From assembly GCA_951406725.2 (NCBI GenBank), contig OX597831.1, positions 53,878,001-53,942,000 of the forward strand: a DNA stretch of 64,000 bases, given 5' to 3'. The notes beneath the pieces were generated by a model, which saw only the letters and a list, made by a program, of their open reading frames with translations, was not told the DNA's origin and made no database searches. This document shows, piece after piece, positions 1 through 12,699 of the stretch. A program made the position numbers and the translations under genes. Origin of the DNA: Octopus vulgaris. Its lineage: Eukaryota. The stretch's first letter is position 1, and the number at the start of each line of letters is the position of its first letter.

Positions 1-214
1 AATCCATTCAGCTGTTTTCCAGTAATTTTGCAAACACACAAACAAAGATGAGTGATAACAATACTATGCTTTTGCTTATGCATGCAGGATAATTAGAAAA
101 ATTTCTCTTTTAGTTATAACATTTTCCTTGATATTCTCTGGAACTGAAATCTGCTTCTTCATCCCCTATTATTATAGGGGATGTCTAACATCCTGAATAA
201 AATTCAAATGCTGT

Positions 215-254
<40 letters not shown>

Positions 255-902
255 ATTGTAAAATTGGATAAAAAAGTTGAAGTATTTAGAATAAAAAGTA
301 AGAAAATTTATCTTAAAAAATCCCAAAATAAAACTGAGTCTAAAATATTGAATTGAAAATAACCATAATTTTTAAGGTATAGCTGTAGTAAGATTTAAAT
401 AATTTCTAAGACAAAATACTGTTTAAGCATATTGCTGGCAGAAAACCAATTTGGCTTTCTAAGATATAAGTCAACATAAGACATGATTTTTATTACATAT
501 CAACACTGAGCAACAAAGAAGAAATTCTTTGCATATAGTTGCTTTAAGAAATCAATGACCGAATTGATTATCAACCTGTATATTTTATATCAGAATAAAA
601 CCACTAAAATATATGTTTATTAATCATCCATATGCATTGTAGCTGTCATAATATGGTCAATTTCAACATCACAACAGCTGCTACCAAAGAGAATTGCAGG
701 TACGTCTTGTGAACTGAATGTGAATTTTTCCAATATTACTAAACATTAGTGAATATCATCAATATTTATGTCTCGTCAAATCTGTGGCAACAATAAGGAA
801 TATTCAATAGATTTATGATATTTTTCTTTCTTTTTATTCTATGACTGATGAAGCACACCCATGTGGGCTATCAAAAGACGAAAAGAAAAAGTCAATATAC
901 GA

Positions 903-1013
903 ATATATATATGTGTGTGTGTATGATACATATATATATATATGATATATTGTGAGTATATGTGTATATGTGTACACATATGTACACATGAATATATGCA
1001 TGTGTGTGTGTAT

Positions 1014-1051
<38 letters not shown>
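903..1051. repeat. Compound (TA)n/(TG)n microsatellite
   Basis: Direct reading; explains the [10 protein letters not shown] ORFs here. Confidence 0.95.
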
Positions 1052-1054
<3 letters not shown>

Positions 1055-1194
1055 TTGTTATTTAACAAATAGTTTAAATACTATAGCCATCTTTAAGAGA
1101 AACAAAGATGTGTTTAGAAACTTAGGTTTTGGCTAGTATTGGTCCAGCCAATGATCAATGTGGTACCATATTTAACATGGTATATTTGTTTTAA

Positions 1195-1394
1195 CCCTTT
1201 TGATACCATCCTGCCTAAGACTGTCCTTGTTCTTATGATATCATTTTCTTGGTTTAAAGTGATTTAAATTAAAACCTTCCAAGCTAAAAAAAACTAGCTT
1301 GATAACAACAAAGTTATTTTACTAAAATTCATTATTTTTACAATTAATTGAAACGAAGGCAGTGTATTTCAAAATAAATTTTGGAACAAAAGGG
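1195..1394. mobile_element. piggyBac-like non-autonomous element (MITE)
   Basis: TTAA|CCCTTTTG ... CAAAAGGG|TTAA termini with TTAA duplication; related inverted copy at 7308-7527. Confidence 0.8.
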
Positions 1395-1414
1395 TTAAAT
1401 GAAAAGAAAGTTTT

Positions 1415-1710
1415 TTTTGTTTGTTCCTTCTCTTACCATGCCTGGCTCATAAGGGCTGGTTTCCCGGTTTCCTTGCCATACAGGTTCCCCACCTGGATAG
1501 GACGCCGGTCCGTCACAGGTGAGCTGCAAGATGCAGGAGGAAAGAGTGAGGGAAAGTTGTGGCGAAAGAGTCATCAGAAGTTTGCCATTACCTTCTGCTG
1601 GAGCTTAGGTGTTTCGCTCATAAACACACACATCGCCCAGTCTGAGATTCGAACCTGTGATCCCTCGACTGTGAGTCTGCTGCTCTAACCACTAGGCCAT
1701 GTGCCTTCAC
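1415..1710 (-). mobile_element. tRNA-derived SINE
   Basis: Minus strand starts GAAGGCACATGGCCTAGTGGTTAGAGCAG (A box) ... GGTTCGAATCTC (B box) and ends in an A-rich tail; head related to 16976-17082. Confidence 0.8.
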
Positions 1711-1980
1711 AAATGAAAAGAAAGAAATCATATGATTTAGCTAGATGGAAAAAGAGTAACACCTGTATTTTTTTTAAAGACGTCTGAAACTGTTGAATGA
1801 AAGTTATCCTCAAATCAGTGATCTGACCTGAATAATTGAAACTGTATAAACTCTGCTAAAGCTTTGCAAGCACCAGTTGATGCTAGTGTTAGACCTGGAG
1901 ACAGAATAATTCAAAATGTAACTTCCTTTCAAGCAATATATATGTGTGTGTGTATTTGTGTCTATGTATGTATGTAAGCA

Positions 1981-2660
1981 AAGGCACAGGCATGTTTGCT
2001 TCCCAGCCATTTGTTCTCAGGTTCAGTCTCACTGTATGGAACCTAGGGTAAGTGTTTTTTACTATAGCCACAGGCCAACCAAAGCCTTGTGAGTGGATTT
2101 GAGCATGCAAAGTCAAAGGCCATCATGTGAGATCCTCCTCTTGCAAGCTACTTGGTGACCAAGCTACTTGATGCCACATAAAAAGCACCCATGCTAGCAC
2201 CACACAAGAAAAGCACCTGTGCTGGTGCTATGTGCAAGGCCTTCAAGCTTGTTGCCACATAAAAAGCACCCTGTACTCTTTGTAAAGTGGTTGACATTAG
2301 GAAAGGCATCCAGCCAAAGAAACTATGCTAAAACAGAGAATTGGTATCTAGTGTAGCTCTCTGGCTTGCCAGGTCCTGTCAGACCATCCAACCCATGTCA
2401 GCATGAAAAATGAACATTAAATGATGATGATATATATACACACACACATATATGTATACTCCTAAGTGTGTGTGTCCTTGTGCTTGTGTTTGGACCCTGC
2501 CACCAATTGACAGCCAGTGCTAGTTTGTTTATGTCCCTGTGACTTATCAGCGTGATAAAAGGGACTGGTAGAATAAGTACTGGCATCAATTTGTCTGACT
2601 AAACCTTTGAAGGTGGTAGCCAGCAAGGCTGCAATCCAAAGACTGTAAGAAATAAAAGGT
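1981..2660 (+). mobile_element. Major SINE family copy interrupted by a GGAAGGGCATCC/(GAT)n-tailed repeat
   Basis: Head and 3' half match 34313-34894; the inserted 2130-2430 segment matches 22045-22305. Confidence 0.75.
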
Positions 2661-2932
2661 AAATGGTAATATCACCATTTTCTTTCTACCAACCTTGTGC
2701 TTAAAAAGAAAACAAATTTTTTTTAAAGTCAATATTTCATCATGTCTTTAGGGTTAAGAAGCATGCTTCCAAACCATGTGGCTTCAGGTTCAGTCCTACA
2801 TTGTGCAAGACTCTTGTACAATAGTCCTATGTCAACCAAAGCATTATGAGGGGACTTGGCAGATGGAAACTGAAATAAGCTTGTTGTGCAGGTGTACATG
2901 TTCATATAAATATATATATATATGTATATATA

Positions 2933-4214
2933 CAAGGTGCATTCAAACTGTATCCAACCTTTGGTCATAAAAAACAGTTTGGTACATTTAACAAATTTTA
3001 TTTAATCACCTTCAAAATACTTGTCTTGAGAGTTCACTCACTTCTCCCTGTAGTTTTGCCACTGCTGGTAACACCTGCAGAATGCCTTCTCTGGAATGTT
3101 ATGTAGCTCCACTGTTGCTTTTCTCATAATTTCCTCTTGTGATTCAAATCACTTCCCTTTCAGCATGGTTTTCAGTTTGGTGAAGAGCTAGGAGTCACAC
3201 AGTGCCAAGCTGGGAGAACAGGGAACCTGTTGAACAAATGGTGTGTTGTTCTTGACCAGGAAAGTTTGGATTATGTGAGTGGAATGAGCAGACACATTGT
3301 TGTGATGAAGTTTCTAATTTTTTGTTGCCCATGTGTCTGACCACGTTCAATGCACAGCATCACAAAGTTGATGTATAACCCCCATGTAGTATTCCTTATT
3401 GATTGTTTTGCCTTGTGGTACATATTCATGATGCACAATACTATGGGAGTCAAAGAAACAGGTCAACATTACCTTCACATTGCTGCAAACATGTTCTTTT
3501 TTGGGCCTTGATGATGATGGATACTTCCATTGGGAGAACTGGAATTTGATTTCCAGGTCATAACCATAAAACCATGTGATGATGGTATTCATGAAGTCTT
3601 GGTTGTGGTTTGTACAGTCCAGCATGTGCTAAGTAATTTCCATACAGAGTTGCTTCTACTATTCTGCCAACACCTCGGGGGTGAAATTCCTTGATACCCT
3701 CTGCATGAACAAATCTTCCATTAAAATGGAATGCACTGATTCTGTACTTATTCCCACTTCATGATCAATTTCCTGGATTGTTATAAAACAGTCTTCCGTG
3801 ATTATTTACCGAACCTTCTCAATTGGCTCCTCATTTCAGCTTGTGATTGGCCTTCCTGAGCATGCCTCACTCTCCACTGAGGTGCAGCCATATCTGAAGT
3901 CGTTGTACCAATCCTTGATCAGAGCTTTGCCCATGCACAATCCTCTGGATGGTTTGAACTTGAGCATCATGAAGCTTTTGGCAAAACTTGATGCAATATC
4001 TCTGCTTGATATGTTTGGTCATCTTGTGAAAAACGGAAATCTGTCAAGTGCACACTCCATATCTGTACTCTGGGAACTGATGTGGCCAACCATCATGAAA
4101 ATTTTCACACATGCACTGGAAGACTGCATCACCTTCTGTCCAAGGGATTTTGCCCTTGCTGCATTAGTTTTGGCAGGAAAAAACTGAAGTTGGATACTTT
4201 TTGAATGCTATTTG
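2933..4214 (-). mobile_element. Full-length decayed mariner (Tc1/mariner) transposon
   Basis: Imperfect ~28 bp TIRs (CAAGGTGCATTCAAACTGTATCCAAC / GTTGGATACTTTTTGAATGCTATTTG), ~1.28 kb. Transposase fragments QRYCIKFCQKL and KVMLTCFFDSHSIVHHEYVPQGKTINKEYY; many stops and frameshifts; inserted in a (TA)n tract. Confidence 0.9.
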
Positions 4215-4234
4215 TGAATGTGTGTGTGTATATC

Positions 4235-4464
4235 TCTTTTATCTTTGACTTGTTTCAGTCAGTAGACTGTGGCCATGCTGGGGTACTGCTAAAATGTTAG
4301 TTGAACAATTTGGCCTCAGTACTTTTCATTTTCTTAATCTGGTATTCATTTTATTGGTCTTTTTTTTTGCCAAACCTCCTAAGTTACAAGGATGTAAGCA
4401 AACCGACACCAGTTGTCAAGTAGTAATGGAGGACAAACACATATGTACACACACACACACACAC

Positions 4465-4522
<58 letters not shown>

Positions 4523-4735
4523 CACCAAGAAAGTTAGGGTTTGTGGATCCAACCCACTAAGGGATAATACTTATCCAATATACTGTAACAGGCTTCTTTC
4601 AGTTTCTGTCCACTGAATCTGGGCTTTAGTCAGCCCAGGACCATAGTAGAAGATACTTGCTCAACATGCCACACAATAGGACCCAACCCAGAAGCAAGAA
4701 GCTGGGAAGCAAACTTCTTACTACACAGTCATGTC
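4235..4735 (-). mobile_element. Major SINE family copy with internal (TA)n
   Basis: Reverse complement of the 34313-34894 type. Confidence 0.8.
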
Positions 4736-4754
4736 ACTGACATACACACATATA

Positions 4755-5030
4755 TGTGTGTGTCTCCTTGTCTCGATATTACACAATAGTATCAACAAAT
4801 ATCAGTGTTATGCAAGTGGTGTCATCCATTTGCAATCTTCCATGGAAACCTGTCTGGCCACAGTGCCATTGATAACCGAAGAATTAATACAAATATTATT
4901 TTTGCTTGGAAACAGGTGAGGGGTGATAATAGAAAGGGCATCCATTTGTAGAAAATCTAGCATAACAAATTTAGTCTGATTCATGTAAGCATGGAAAAGT
5001 GGATGCTACAATGGTGATAACGATGATGAT
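4755..5030 (+). mobile_element. SINE 3' module ending in (GAT)n
   Basis: AAGGGCATCC motif and GAT tail; related copy at about 6815-7080. Confidence 0.65.
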
Positions 5031-5224
5031 TATGAATGTCAAACTGTAAAATTAAATCATGGTTAGTTTATCACACAATATACTGAGTAATTATTTTGAA
5101 TGATTTATTGTGCTTTCATATTAGTGGAGTTTTTTATATTTTTTTTTACAATCATCAAACAATATAGCTATTGTTGTTTCAATAAGATATGAACCTTAAT
5201 ACACTTCTAATTGATAAAATAAAC

Positions 5225-5365
5225 AGTACTTGAATACATGTAAACGCACTTGAATATATGAAAAAGCGGTCAATGTTGAAGAACAGGATTAACATTAACC
5301 ACAAGCACTTCCCACATCAAAATAATTATTTTAGATACTTTTAATGTAAATTACTTTTCTCAGCC
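5225..5365. repeat. Old unclassified interspersed repeat (second copy ~9548-9715)
   Basis: Shared blocks TACTTGAA...CACTTGAATAT...CACAAGC...CATCAAAATA...AATTACT..TCTCAG in both places. Confidence 0.55.
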
Positions 5366-5933
5366 ACACTATCTAATGAATTTTCATGTTGCTCTAAATG
5401 TGACATGCAAACTGGCTCAAAAAGACTGTTAAATTTTGTAGAATACATGACATCTAGAATTTTCACAACTTGACAAAATTATGTCAAAATTGGTTTCTCC
5501 ATGTCACTGACTGTTTAACTCAATTTTTTTAAGCAGTCACTGATACTACATCCTGATTCTGATGCACTCTTAAAGAATGCAAATCTTGTTGGAAGGCTAC
5601 ATTGCATTATAAAACTACACATACTCATATACATCACCATTACACTGTCAAGAAAATCTATACATGTCAGCTAGTGCAATGCTCTCTCAGAATGATGTTC
5701 TTACATAGAGACAGTCTAACAAAATGACCTCAGTACTTAACTTCTTTAAGTCTGGTGCATAATCTATTAGTCTGTTTTGTCAAACCACTAAGTCATGAAA
5801 ACGTAAACAAACCAACACCAGTTGGCAAGCAGTGGGAGGAATAACACAAATACACACACACATAGACACATATACATATATATACACACATATATACATA
5901 CATATACTTACATGCACACACACACATATTTAT

Positions 5934-6078
5934 ATATAAATTAAATTAGAGATAAAACCACTATTAGGCAACTATTAGTGGTTTTATCTCTAATTTAATT
6001 TATATTTATACTGTGAAATTTGATTTAATCCTAAATCTAATTTTTCCCTGTAAGTTTGGATATACTCCGTAATATTAT
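5934..6078. mobile_element. Perfect 30-bp hairpin plus tail; probable Penelope-like terminal remnant in (TA)n
   Basis: 5934-5963 is the exact reverse complement of 5976-6005 (12-nt loop). One arm continues into a tail ending GTAATATT next to (TA)n, as at 11415-11820. Confidence 0.55.
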
Positions 6079-6114
<36 letters not shown>

Positions 6115-7307
6115 CTGTAAAGTGCTTGACACTAGGAAGGTCATCCACTCACAGAAACCATGCCAAAGCAGACAGCTGAGCTTGGCAAGGTCATGACTTT
6201 TTGGCTCCTGTCAAACCATCCAACCCATGCCAGCATAGAAAACAGACGTTAAATGACAATGATAATGATGATGAAGATGATGATACACAACAGGCTACCA
6301 TACAAATTCTGTTTTCCAAATTCATTTACAAGGCATCGGTCGGCCTCCTGGAGTATAGTAGGTGCATCGACTGGATTTGAAACCATGGGGTTGCAAAGTG
6401 ACGCTCTTAACCACATACCCATACCTTGTTTACAAAAAGAATTATTGTTCTGGAATTTTCTTTCTGTGTATTTCATATACTGTTGTTGTCTTTCAAAACA
6501 GTCCATGTTATAATAATCTACGGTATTCTCTGACATTCTAAACTGAACTTTTATGAACAATTAATTTGATTTTTTTCTCCCCTAATTTAGTTATATTATA
6601 ATTTGTGAACTTTAACTGCTTTCTACATACATTATTTTTTTAAAGTTTTTATTTCTTGATTTTTTTGTTGTTGCTGGATTGACATTGCCTAAGAGAGAAT
6701 CAAAGTGATGAAACTGCAGTTTCATGCTCTTTGCTGTAAAACATATGTAAATACATTTTCTTATGTGTGTGTGTGTGAGTGTGTGTGTATGTGTGTGTGT
6801 GTGTGCATTTGTGTACCCTTGTCTTTGCATTGTGTGATGGTTGTATAATAAATGAGTATTACTGTCATACAAGTGATGTTGTTCATTTCCAGTTTTCAGT
6901 GAAAAATAAACCTGGCCATGGAGATATATATATCTCCATATATATCTCCAGGAAAACAGGCAAGGGGTGGTGACAGGTAGGGTGTCTGATCATTAAAAAT
7001 CTGCCATAACAAATTCCATCTGATCCGTGCAAACATGAAAAAATGGATTTAAATGATGACGATGGTGATGATGATGATAATTCTCTTCACACTCAGAAAA
7101 AGGAAAGAAATTGTCCAGACAAGTTGCAGAGTAAGTTGGTCATTCAGCAGAACATGCACACTCCCATCCATCCATCCATCCATCTTCTCCTGAAGAAAAT
7201 ATATAGCAATTTCTATTTAAGTCAAGCATAAACCAATACTTACCTATAATGGCTATGCTAATTTACATGTACATTCTGAGATCAAATGATAAACTGTTAA
7301 TATTTAA

Positions 7308-7527
7308 CCCTTTCATCACTGTATTTAATTTGAGATGCTCTGTGTTTCTTTCAATTACTTTAAATATGACAAAGAATTTAGTAAAATAACATAGTTATCA
7401 TTCAGCTAGTGTTAGGAGCATAAATTGTGACTAAAGTTTGGTGGAAGATTTTAATTCAGATCTTATGAAAACAAGACATTTGTACTCAGAGCCAGAGCCG
7501 GTTTCAGCTGGGTTGGTAACAAAAGGG
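7308..7527. mobile_element. piggyBac-like MITE
   Basis: TTAA|CCCTTTC ... AAAAGGG|TTAA; same family as 1195-1394 in opposite orientation. Confidence 0.8.
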
Positions 7528-7993
7528 TTAAGCACAACACAGTATGTATTAGAAAACCAAAGACAAAATAGTTCTACCTCTTTGACTCACCTGTGCATTA
7601 CATATAATACACAGGGTATATTTCCCTGTCATCTCTACATCATAAGTGACATACATTCCCAATTTTTTTCAACCACCAGATTTGCTGTTTGAGGAGTGGC
7701 CTCGACATGTCATAAAGCAACTAAAGGCGGGGGGGGGGTAAGATTTGCACTCCAACTTCATAAAACCTTCAGCAGCAATGACTACCTAAACAGACCCATG
7801 TATTGGAGGGTTGTCGCCTAAGCAATGTAAAGGTGTCATCCACTAGAAACCCTTTAAAAGTAATTAGCTATACGTTTTTAGTAACATTTTAAAAATTCTC
7901 TTACATGTGAAATATAAAGGTTTCATATAAAAACATTTTAACTGCAATATGTTGAAGTTAGTAGTTGTATGCTACATTAAAAAGGAAGAATTC

Positions 7994-8595
7994 GGATCTT
8001 TACCCTTTGACCTACAGATTTTTAAAATAATTTTTTGTAACTAAACCCTTTCAAACTTTGGACACTGGTAGAATGTGTCATATAAAACATCTTTTACTCT
8101 TAGCATTTTTGAGAAATACTTATATTTACGAAGTAATTTCACGTTAAAGTTCTCTTATTTTGGTAATTTCGACCAATCAATGATGTGTATTCAGCTGAAT
8201 AAAATTACTGCCGTTGTTTGTCAACAACAACTATCGTCGGTGTATTTTTCGTTTGTTACTGTTATTTATGACATCATTCATGCATTTGTATTGGTTTTAG
8301 GGTTAAGGTTAGGGTTTTAAGGTTAAGGTTGTCATAAATAACAGTGACAACTGCCGGAAGTTTTTGTTGACAAGCAACGGCAATAATTTTATTCAGTTGA
8401 ATACACGTCATCGATTGGTTGAAATTACCGAAATACAAGAACTTTAACGTGAAATCACTTCGTAAAAATAAGAGTTTTTTTCAAAAATGCTAAGAGTAAA
8501 AGATGTTTTATATGACACATTCTACCAGTGTCCAAAGTTTGAAAGTGTTTAGTTACAAAAAATTATTTTTTAAATCTGTAGGTCGGTAAAGATCC
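7994..8595. mobile_element. Palindromic MITE/foldback element with TTAGGG-like core
   Basis: Arms of ~270 bp are near reverse complements (GGATCTTTACC ... GGTAAAGATCC); the central spacer contains TTAGGG/TTAAGG units. Confidence 0.85.
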
Positions 8596-8620
8596 AAAAA
8601 TTATTATAACTGTCATTCTA

Positions 8621-9498
8621 TTGTGTCGAGTCAAAAGCTTTGCAAAATTTTGTAAATTTATTTGCTTTACTCGTCAAGTTACAACTAGTGGACTCTACTT
8701 CTTTTTCAAAGTGGCACCATCTAAAACTACCTTTCTGCTACTTCTTTGATCCCATGCAGATACCAGTTCCTGTCCTTCAAGGCAAAGAACTCCTTCACTG
8801 ATGTTTCCATCACCACTTGGTTGATGACATGTCATGGGTAAAGGAAATAAATCATGCAGAAGAACAATTACTAATCTGACGGATATATTTTTCTGCAATC
8901 CTAATGAGCATAAGCAGTGGTTAAGGAAGAGCCAGCTTCTAGTACCAGTCACCAAACTTGGGCGTTTTGAACACAAGGTGTTGCTCTGCATCTTGTGGAA
9001 TTATAAGGGGATAATTCACAAGTTCATTGATGCCAACCTGTACTCCAAACAACCAGGACAGATGTATGCAACCATGTGGCAAAAATACCTGGCATTGGTT
9101 AACAGTAAGTGAGCTTTTCTGCAGCAAGACAATGCTAGACCTCATACTGCTCAAACAACCTGGAATAAATTTCAGGAAATTAAGGGAATTGAAATGATGC
9201 CATACCTAGCATATAGTCCAGAACTGGTTCCCTTGGATTATTACTTGTTCCGATCCATGGCTCTCTTCCAGCACTTGCGACACTTCATCAACCAAGAAGG
9301 GGTGGAAGCTTCAGTAAAGGATTTTATATTGAAGGACAAGTACTGATATCAGCCTGAGATCAAACAACTTGCAGAAAAGTGGCTTCAGATGGTGCAACAC
9401 GATAGCTTCTACTTTGAATGCTAGACTGCTTTTGTTGTAACTTGATGAATGAAGCAACTATGTCACCAAAATATTGCCAAACTTTTGACTTGACACAA
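8621..9498 (+). mobile_element. Rearranged mariner derivative (transposase C-terminal half)
   Basis: TA|TTGTGTCGAGTCAAAAG ... CTTTTGACTTGACACAA|TA. Motifs KVLLCILWNYKGIIH, QQDNARPHTA and YSPELVPLDYYLFRSM match mariner DNARPH / YSPDLAPSDY. Confidence 0.9.
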
Positions 9499-9989
9499 TA
9501 TTAGTCAGACATCATTATGAAGTTAAAGAGCACTTTTAATTGACAAAGAACAATACTTGAAAACATAAAATGACACTTGAATATGCAAGAAAAATAGCTG
9601 CTGTGCAACAACACAAGAGGAAAATTTAGCACAAGCTCTTGTCTCATCAAAATAGCTATTTTGGGTAATTTTGATGCTAATTAAATGTAATTACTCTTCT
9701 CAGGCCTGCTATTCATCTGATTTAGATTCAACAAGTCTAGAAATCAAAATACTCTTAGAATTCTTTTTTACATTATCTTTCACCATTGCTTGGAGTCATG
9801 TGTATAGAGTTGGGTTGCCCAACCAGGTTTTATTATTCAAATGATTAAAAAACATCTTCGCTTATCCTTTAGGATACCAAACTATCACAAGTGTTGATCA
9901 TAATAAGTTTTGAATTGAACACAGCAGAATGTAACATATAAAATAAAAGTTCAGACAAGCATATTCCAGACTTAAGTTCCATGTCAATA

Positions 9990-10420
9990 TCTTTTATCGT
10001 TAATTTGTTTAAGTCATTTGACCATGGCCATGCTGGAGCACCACCTTCAAGAGTTTTAGTCAAACAATTTGACACAAGGACTTATTTTTTTCAACTAAGT
10101 ACTTATTGTATCAGTCTCTTTTGCACGTACAGAGATGTAAACACACCAACACCAGTTGTCAAGTGGTAGTGGTAAACAAACACAGACACAAATACACACA
10201 CACATAGATATATACATACACACATACACATAGATGCACACATACACACACATACATATATGACAGGCTTCTTTCAGTTTTCATCTAACAAATCTGCTCA
10301 CAAGACTTTGGTTGGCCAGAGGCTATAGTAGAAGACATTTGCCCAAGGTGCCATGCAGGGAGACTAAACCCAGAACCATGTGGTTAGGAAGTAAGCTTCT
10401 TACTACATAGCCAAGCCTGC
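9990..10420 (-). mobile_element. Major SINE family copy
   Basis: Reverse complement of the 34313-34894 type. Confidence 0.85.
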
Positions 10421-10479
10421 ACATGGTAAGTATGGTAATTATATCCAGAGAAAGACATCAGAAAAATAAAAAAATTGTT

Positions 10480-10875
10480 GTTAGGAAGTTCTACTTTGCA
10501 ACCACATGGTTTCAGATTCAGTCCCACAATGTGGCACTTAAGACAAATCTTTTCTACTATAGCCCCCAAGCCAACCAATGTCTTGTGAGTGAATTTGGCA
10601 GACAGAAACTGTGTGGAAGTTTGTTGTATATATATATATTGTATGTGTGTGTGTGTATTTTTGAGTTTGTCCTCCACCACTGCATGACAACCAGTGTTGG
10701 TTTGTTTATACACATGTAATTTAGTGGTTTGGCAAAAAAACCCCTGATAGAATAAGTATCAGATTTACAAAAAAAAAAAAATAATAAGTAGTGAGATCAA
10801 TTTGTTTTATTAAACCCTTCAAGGTGGTACTCCAGGATGACCACAGTCAAATAACTGAAACAAGTAAAAGATAAA
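10480..10875 (+). mobile_element. Major SINE family copy
   Basis: Same family, head-to-head with 9990-10420. Confidence 0.85.
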
Positions 10876-11414
10876 CACCTGTACAAGATCATTAATTTTG
10901 AGCTGTAAGAAAGAGAGAAGGGCATTCAATGTTTCAAATCAAGGCCCTTCATTAAGAAAAAACAGAGAAGAAGAAAAAGAAAGCAAACAGTAGGTGATGC
11001 TTCAACAGTAAACAAAGCATGTTGGAGACTATCAAATACTTGCCAGTTATTATATAGTTTCATGTCTTCAATAATAAACTAACTACCCCTCTTAATGTTA
11101 CCTGGAAGTATATTCATTAAGGATTAAGTACAGGTTTGGTGATTGGACATAAAGTTGCTGATTCTTTACTTGGCAAACTGACAAACTTTGTGAATTTTTT
11201 GTTCTCAGCAATCTTCCCCATTTTTTACTATTTTCTGTCTTTTACTCGTTTCACTCATTGGACTGTGGCCATCTTGGGGCATCCCCTTGGGTGGTTTTAG
11301 TTGAACAAATCAACTCCAATACTCACTCTACCAGTGGTGGTGGTGGATAACGCAGACAAAAAGGGACCACACACAAAGATATGTGTGTGTATACATATGT
11401 GTGTATATATATAC

Positions 11415-11820
11415 AATATTGTGTACATTAAAACACATTGAGAGGCTTCCATCATAGGAAAGCCTTGCGCTAGAAAGAGCAGTAAACAACTCAAACCACT
11501 AATTAGGGATAAATTCTCAAAGGGAAAGAAAATTAAAAACATTTACCATCTAATTTAGTTCCAAGACCATGGTTTCTGACTTATTTCAGTAAAAAAAAGA
11601 TTTACTGAGGCCGGTCTTCTCTTCAAGAATTTATCCCTAATTAGTGGTTTGAGTTGTTTACTGCTCTTTCTAGCACAAGACTTTCAATGATGGAAGCCTC
11701 TCAATGTGTTTTAATGTACACGATATTTTATATGAATAGTATATAGTCTATTGTCTAATTTTTTTGCACTAGGCCACTGGTAATAAAAATTTCTATAATT
11801 CTTATTACCCTAATATTACT
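11415..11820. mobile_element. ~100-bp inverted repeat element, probable Penelope-like pLTR remnant
   Basis: 11415-11517 pairs with ~11627-11728. The spacer on the minus strand has GAAACCATGGTC (hammerhead-like stem III plus GUC). The element ends CCCTAATATT beside (TA)n. Confidence 0.6.
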
Positions 11821-12699
11821 TATATATATATATAGGATAGTCTGTCACACAGTTTCCATCTACCAAATTCACTCACAAGGCATTGGTCAGCCTGAGGCTA
11901 TAGTAGAAGATACTTGCGCAAGCTGCTGTGCAGTGAGATTGAACTCAAAATCATATGGTTGTAAAGCAAGTTTCTTAACAGCACAGCCATGCCTACATCT
12001 CTTTTTATGACATCTGGTGAATTTCTCCACCTTGTCTCACTGACCTTGTCTTAACATGTATTCTTTTGAATTTACTATTCATTCTTGTGCACGCACACAT
12101 AAACATACACACACATAACCATATTACCATTTAAAAACAAAAAATATTCTACTTGGTACATTTTAACATTTTTAAATGAGTAAATGCCTAAGATATTTAT
12201 TGACTTCAGTTCAAAAGAAAGTTTTGAATTCCAGTCTGTCTCAGAATTTTATGAGAAAAATCTGATTTAAATTTCTTTTGACATTTTCCTTTATCCTGAA
12301 AAGAAACAAAAGAAGGTACTGAAATATGAAACAATTGAGATAGGTTAAGATAATATCATTTCTAGAAATTAAAGAAATCTTCAAATACTACCAAGTAAAA
12401 CTTCATTTTCCCTCTCTTAATTTTTATCATAACAAAAGTTTCAAATCTCTGTAATATTGCACCAAAAAAGAGGATCTGTGTAATCACTCAACTTGCTACA
12501 AATAACAACCAAATCTCCATCAAACTATACTCTGCTGTTTTGGATAAGGAAGGACATTTTGGATAACGTAGTTCTAGATAATATGCATACCTGAATAATA
12601 GATGGGACAGTCATGGTTGAAATATCTTTGATTACAGGTCTGCTGTTTAGTTCAGTGAACCTGAACTAAACATTAATATCTTATAAAAGAGTTCCAATG

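Noticed and set aside
501-576. Possible terminal minus-strand exon (LIINSVIDFLKQLYAKNFFFVAQC*)
   Set aside because: Weak polypyrimidine tract and no recognisable homology; cannot be linked reliably to upstream exons.
6425-6536. Possible minus-strand exon MSENTVDYYNMDCFERQQQY...
   Set aside because: The apparent donor lies in a SINE head, the acceptor is poor, and no homology is recognised.
8297-8330. Interstitial telomere
   Set aside because: Only two exact TTAGGG units, inside the loop of a foldback element.
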